Source: a virus. From it: a stretch of DNA of 44,002 nucleotides. Position 1 is the stretch's first letter. Each line of letters opens with the position of its first letter. The translations under genes and the position numbers were made by a program. Shown in pieces: positions 42,142 through 44,002 of this stretch. The notes below the pieces were generated by a model, which was given only the letters and a program-made list of their open reading frames with translations, was not told the origin of the DNA and ran no database searches. The stretch lies in UHGV virus genome UHGV-0243075. One strand, given 5' to 3'.

Positions 42142-43569
42142 ATGGGACTAATAACATGGGCTAAAAAGGTGATAGGAATGATATTCAAGAGACAGGCAGA
42201 AGAAGATTTCAACGTTGAATCAGTGGTATCCCCGGAGATGGAAAGCAAGATTGCAGAGTGCGCCAATATCTACCGGGGTATTCCCTATTGGGTGAATGCT
42301 GACGATAACGTTAAGACAATCAATTTTGCAAAGGCCATATGCTCAGAGACGGCCCGACTTGCTACCCTGGCAATTGGAATACAGATTGATGGGAGCGCGC
42401 GGGCGGCATGGCTCCAGGAGCAGATTGACAAGATATATTTCCAGATTCGTCACTGGGTAGAGTATGGTATGGCCTACGGCACAATCATCCTTAAGCCCAA
42501 TGGAAAAGGACTGGACATATTTACACCGATGGACTTTATCATTACAGATTGTGATAATGAGGGTATCTATGGAATCGTATTCAAGGATAGCTACAGTGAA
42601 AATGATAAGTATTATACCCGGTTTGAGTATCATCGGTTTGTTGAGGTCAAGGATGGGGAGAACACCTATTACCCATATTACATATCCAATAGAGCTTATG
42701 TGTCTCACTCTGCAAAAAGTGTGGGGGACCCGATAGCATTAAACAGGACTAAATGGTCTGACTTACTTCCAGAGACACCACCTATACTTAAAGCAAATAA
42801 TGAGAAAATCGATGGTCCCATGTTTGGCATACTACGCACTCCACAGGCTAATAATTTGGATATTTCATCACCTTTAGGATTGCCAATATATGCCGAGGCC
42901 ATAGAGGAATTAAAGGACCTTGATGTAGCATATAGTCGGAATGTGGGTGAAATATTTGACAGTGAGAAAATTATATTAATTGATGACCAATTAATGCTTG
43001 GTGATGGAAGAAATTTAAAACGCCCAGGAGTAAATAAAGTTAAATTACCCCATTATGTAAGAAATGTATTTGGAAATAGTAATGGAGAATTTTACCATGA
43101 GATTAATCCATCGTTAAATACTGATATAAGACTTACTGGAATTAATAATATTCTTTCATTTATTGGATTCAAGTGCGGATACTCCAACGGGTACTTTGTA
43201 CTTGACGAAAAAACAGGTATGGTCACAGCCACACAGGTAGAAGCTGATGACCGCCGCACTATCCAGTTAATCAAGGATGTGCGCGACAAATTGGAAAGTT
43301 GCCTTGACGGGGCAATATATGCGCTTAATGTATATGCGGACCTGTACGGAATGGCACCAGCCGGAAACTACGAAATAACATATGATTTTGGGGACATTAC
43401 ATATAACCGTGAAGAGGACCGGGCAAGATGGTGGCAGTATGTTGTGCAGGGGAAAGTGCCGGCCTGGATGTATTTTCAGAAGTTTGAGGGATTGTCTGAA
43501 GAAGATGCAAAGGCTATGGTACAGGAAGCACAGCCGAAGGAAGGTCCAATGCTATTTGGGGAGGAATAA
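42142..43569 (+). CDS. Portal protein.
   Basis: 475 aa immediately after terL. Confidence 0.65.
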   Translation: MGLITWAKKVIGMIFKRQAEEDFNVESVVSPEMESKIAECANIYRGIPYWVNADDNVKTINFAKAICSETARLATLAIGIQIDGSARAAWLQEQIDKIYFQIRHWVEYGMAYGTIILKPNGKGLDIFTPMDFIITDCDNEGIYGIVFKDSYSENDKYYTRFEYHRFVEVKDGENTYYPYYISNRAYVSHSAKSVGDPIALNRTKWSDLLPETPPILKANNEKIDGPMFGILRTPQANNLDISSPLGLPIYAEAIEELKDLDVAYSRNVGEIFDSEKIILIDDQLMLGDGRNLKRPGVNKVKLPHYVRNVFGNSNGEFYHEINPSLNTDIRLTGINNILSFIGFKCGYSNGYFVLDEKTGMVTATQVEADDRRTIQLIKDVRDKLESCLDGAIYALNVYADLYGMAPAGNYEITYDFGDITYNREEDRARWWQYVVQGKVPAWMYFQKFEGLSEEDAKAMVQEAQPKEGPMLFGEE

Positions 43570-43571
43570 TA

Positions 43572-43862
43572 TGGAAACATTAAAATTCAATGTAGATAAA
43601 CAGCATATCGTAAATACTTCTCCGCATCCATATCTTGTAGCAGGAACACAAAACTACCTCGAATGTGATTTCCAATTCGATGCATCATGGGTTGGATATA
43701 ACAAGGTAGCTGTGTTTGAACAGAAGTACTATGTTCCTATATTTGGTAATCGATGTCGCGTCCCGGATGATGTGGCACGGTTAAAAAGATTCTCCGTAAG
43801 GATAGTTGGGGAAAAGAAGGATGTAAGGATTGTAACGGATTTCGCAGTAATAGACCAGAGGT
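43572..43862 (+). CDS. Hypothetical head-module protein.
   Basis: GGGGAGGAATAAT RBS. Confidence 0.5.
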
Positions 43863-43870
43863 GAAAATAC

Positions 43871-44002
43871 ATGTATGCTAATAATTTGGATGATGCGTTT
43901 TCCGTATTTGCATCAGGCACAACAGAAGAATGGGTAAAAAGTGATAAATACATGGATTATCCAAAATATCACGATGAAGATTATACCTACATCGAAGGAC
44001 GT
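43871..44002 (+). CDS. 5' part of a CDS truncated by the window end (44 codons). Possibly continuous with the ORF at 1..1776.
   Basis: ATG at 43871. Open through the last base with complete codon phase. Joins frame 1 of the window start. Confidence 0.4.
   Translation, partial: MYANNLDDAFSVFASGTTEEWVKSDKYMDYPKYHDEDYTYIEGR

Larger units (their letters stand above)
1..44002. mobile_element. Temperate siphovirus-like phage genome or prophage. Modules run head, tail, lysis, attP, int, immunity, replication, packaging, and appear circularly permuted.
   Basis: Phage structural, lysis, integrase, repressor/cro, replication and terminase/portal genes are contiguous. No host-like genes. The end ORFs are joinable in frame. 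Confidence 0.7.

Overview
The window reads as a temperate siphovirus-type phage genome of Firmicutes, possibly the whole genome in circular permutation. Every region is phage-like and I see no host flank. The last ORF (43871..44002, 44 complete codons) and the first ORF (frame 1 from nt 1) would join in frame across the ends. That is consistent with a roughly 44 kb circular genome or a polylysogen junction. Gene order on the + strand is: structural fibre-like protein; minor capsid (MuF / min_cap2-like) protein; an unusual roughly 4 kb cassette of small genes (2983-6980); scaffold; major capsid; head-tail connector and completion proteins; major tail protein; tail chaperones; tape measure protein (810 aa); distal tail and tip proteins; several fibre or receptor-binding paralogs; XkdX-like protein; M15-peptidase endolysin with cell-wall-binding repeats. 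An attP-like repeat region (22.55-22.83 kb) follows. Then comes a minus-strand tyrosine integrase, an AT-rich SHOCT-domain moron, and an XRE-type repressor facing a Cro-like gene across a 650-bp operator and leader region. The early and replication module carries an HD hydrolase, a Rad52-like annealase, an HNH-motif nuclease, a DnaD-like replisome organiser, a LexA DNA-binding-domain-only protein, an ASCH-like protein and a PAPS-reductase/DndC-like protein. It ends with terS, a terL gene interrupted by an HNH-endonuclease-containing intron-like insertion, and portal. The most unusual content is the 2983-6980 cassette. It holds a C39-like peptidase fold, a sigma-r4-like HTH, P/Q-rich, Gly-rich and Cys-rich proteins, a double-glycine-leader peptide with an in-frame TGA, and a BclA-CTD/C1q-like protein. 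The SHOCT moron in the integrase-repressor hotspot is the other candidate. Two copies of a conserved late-promoter-like motif, repeated terminator modules and SD-sequestering hairpins are visible directly in the sequence.
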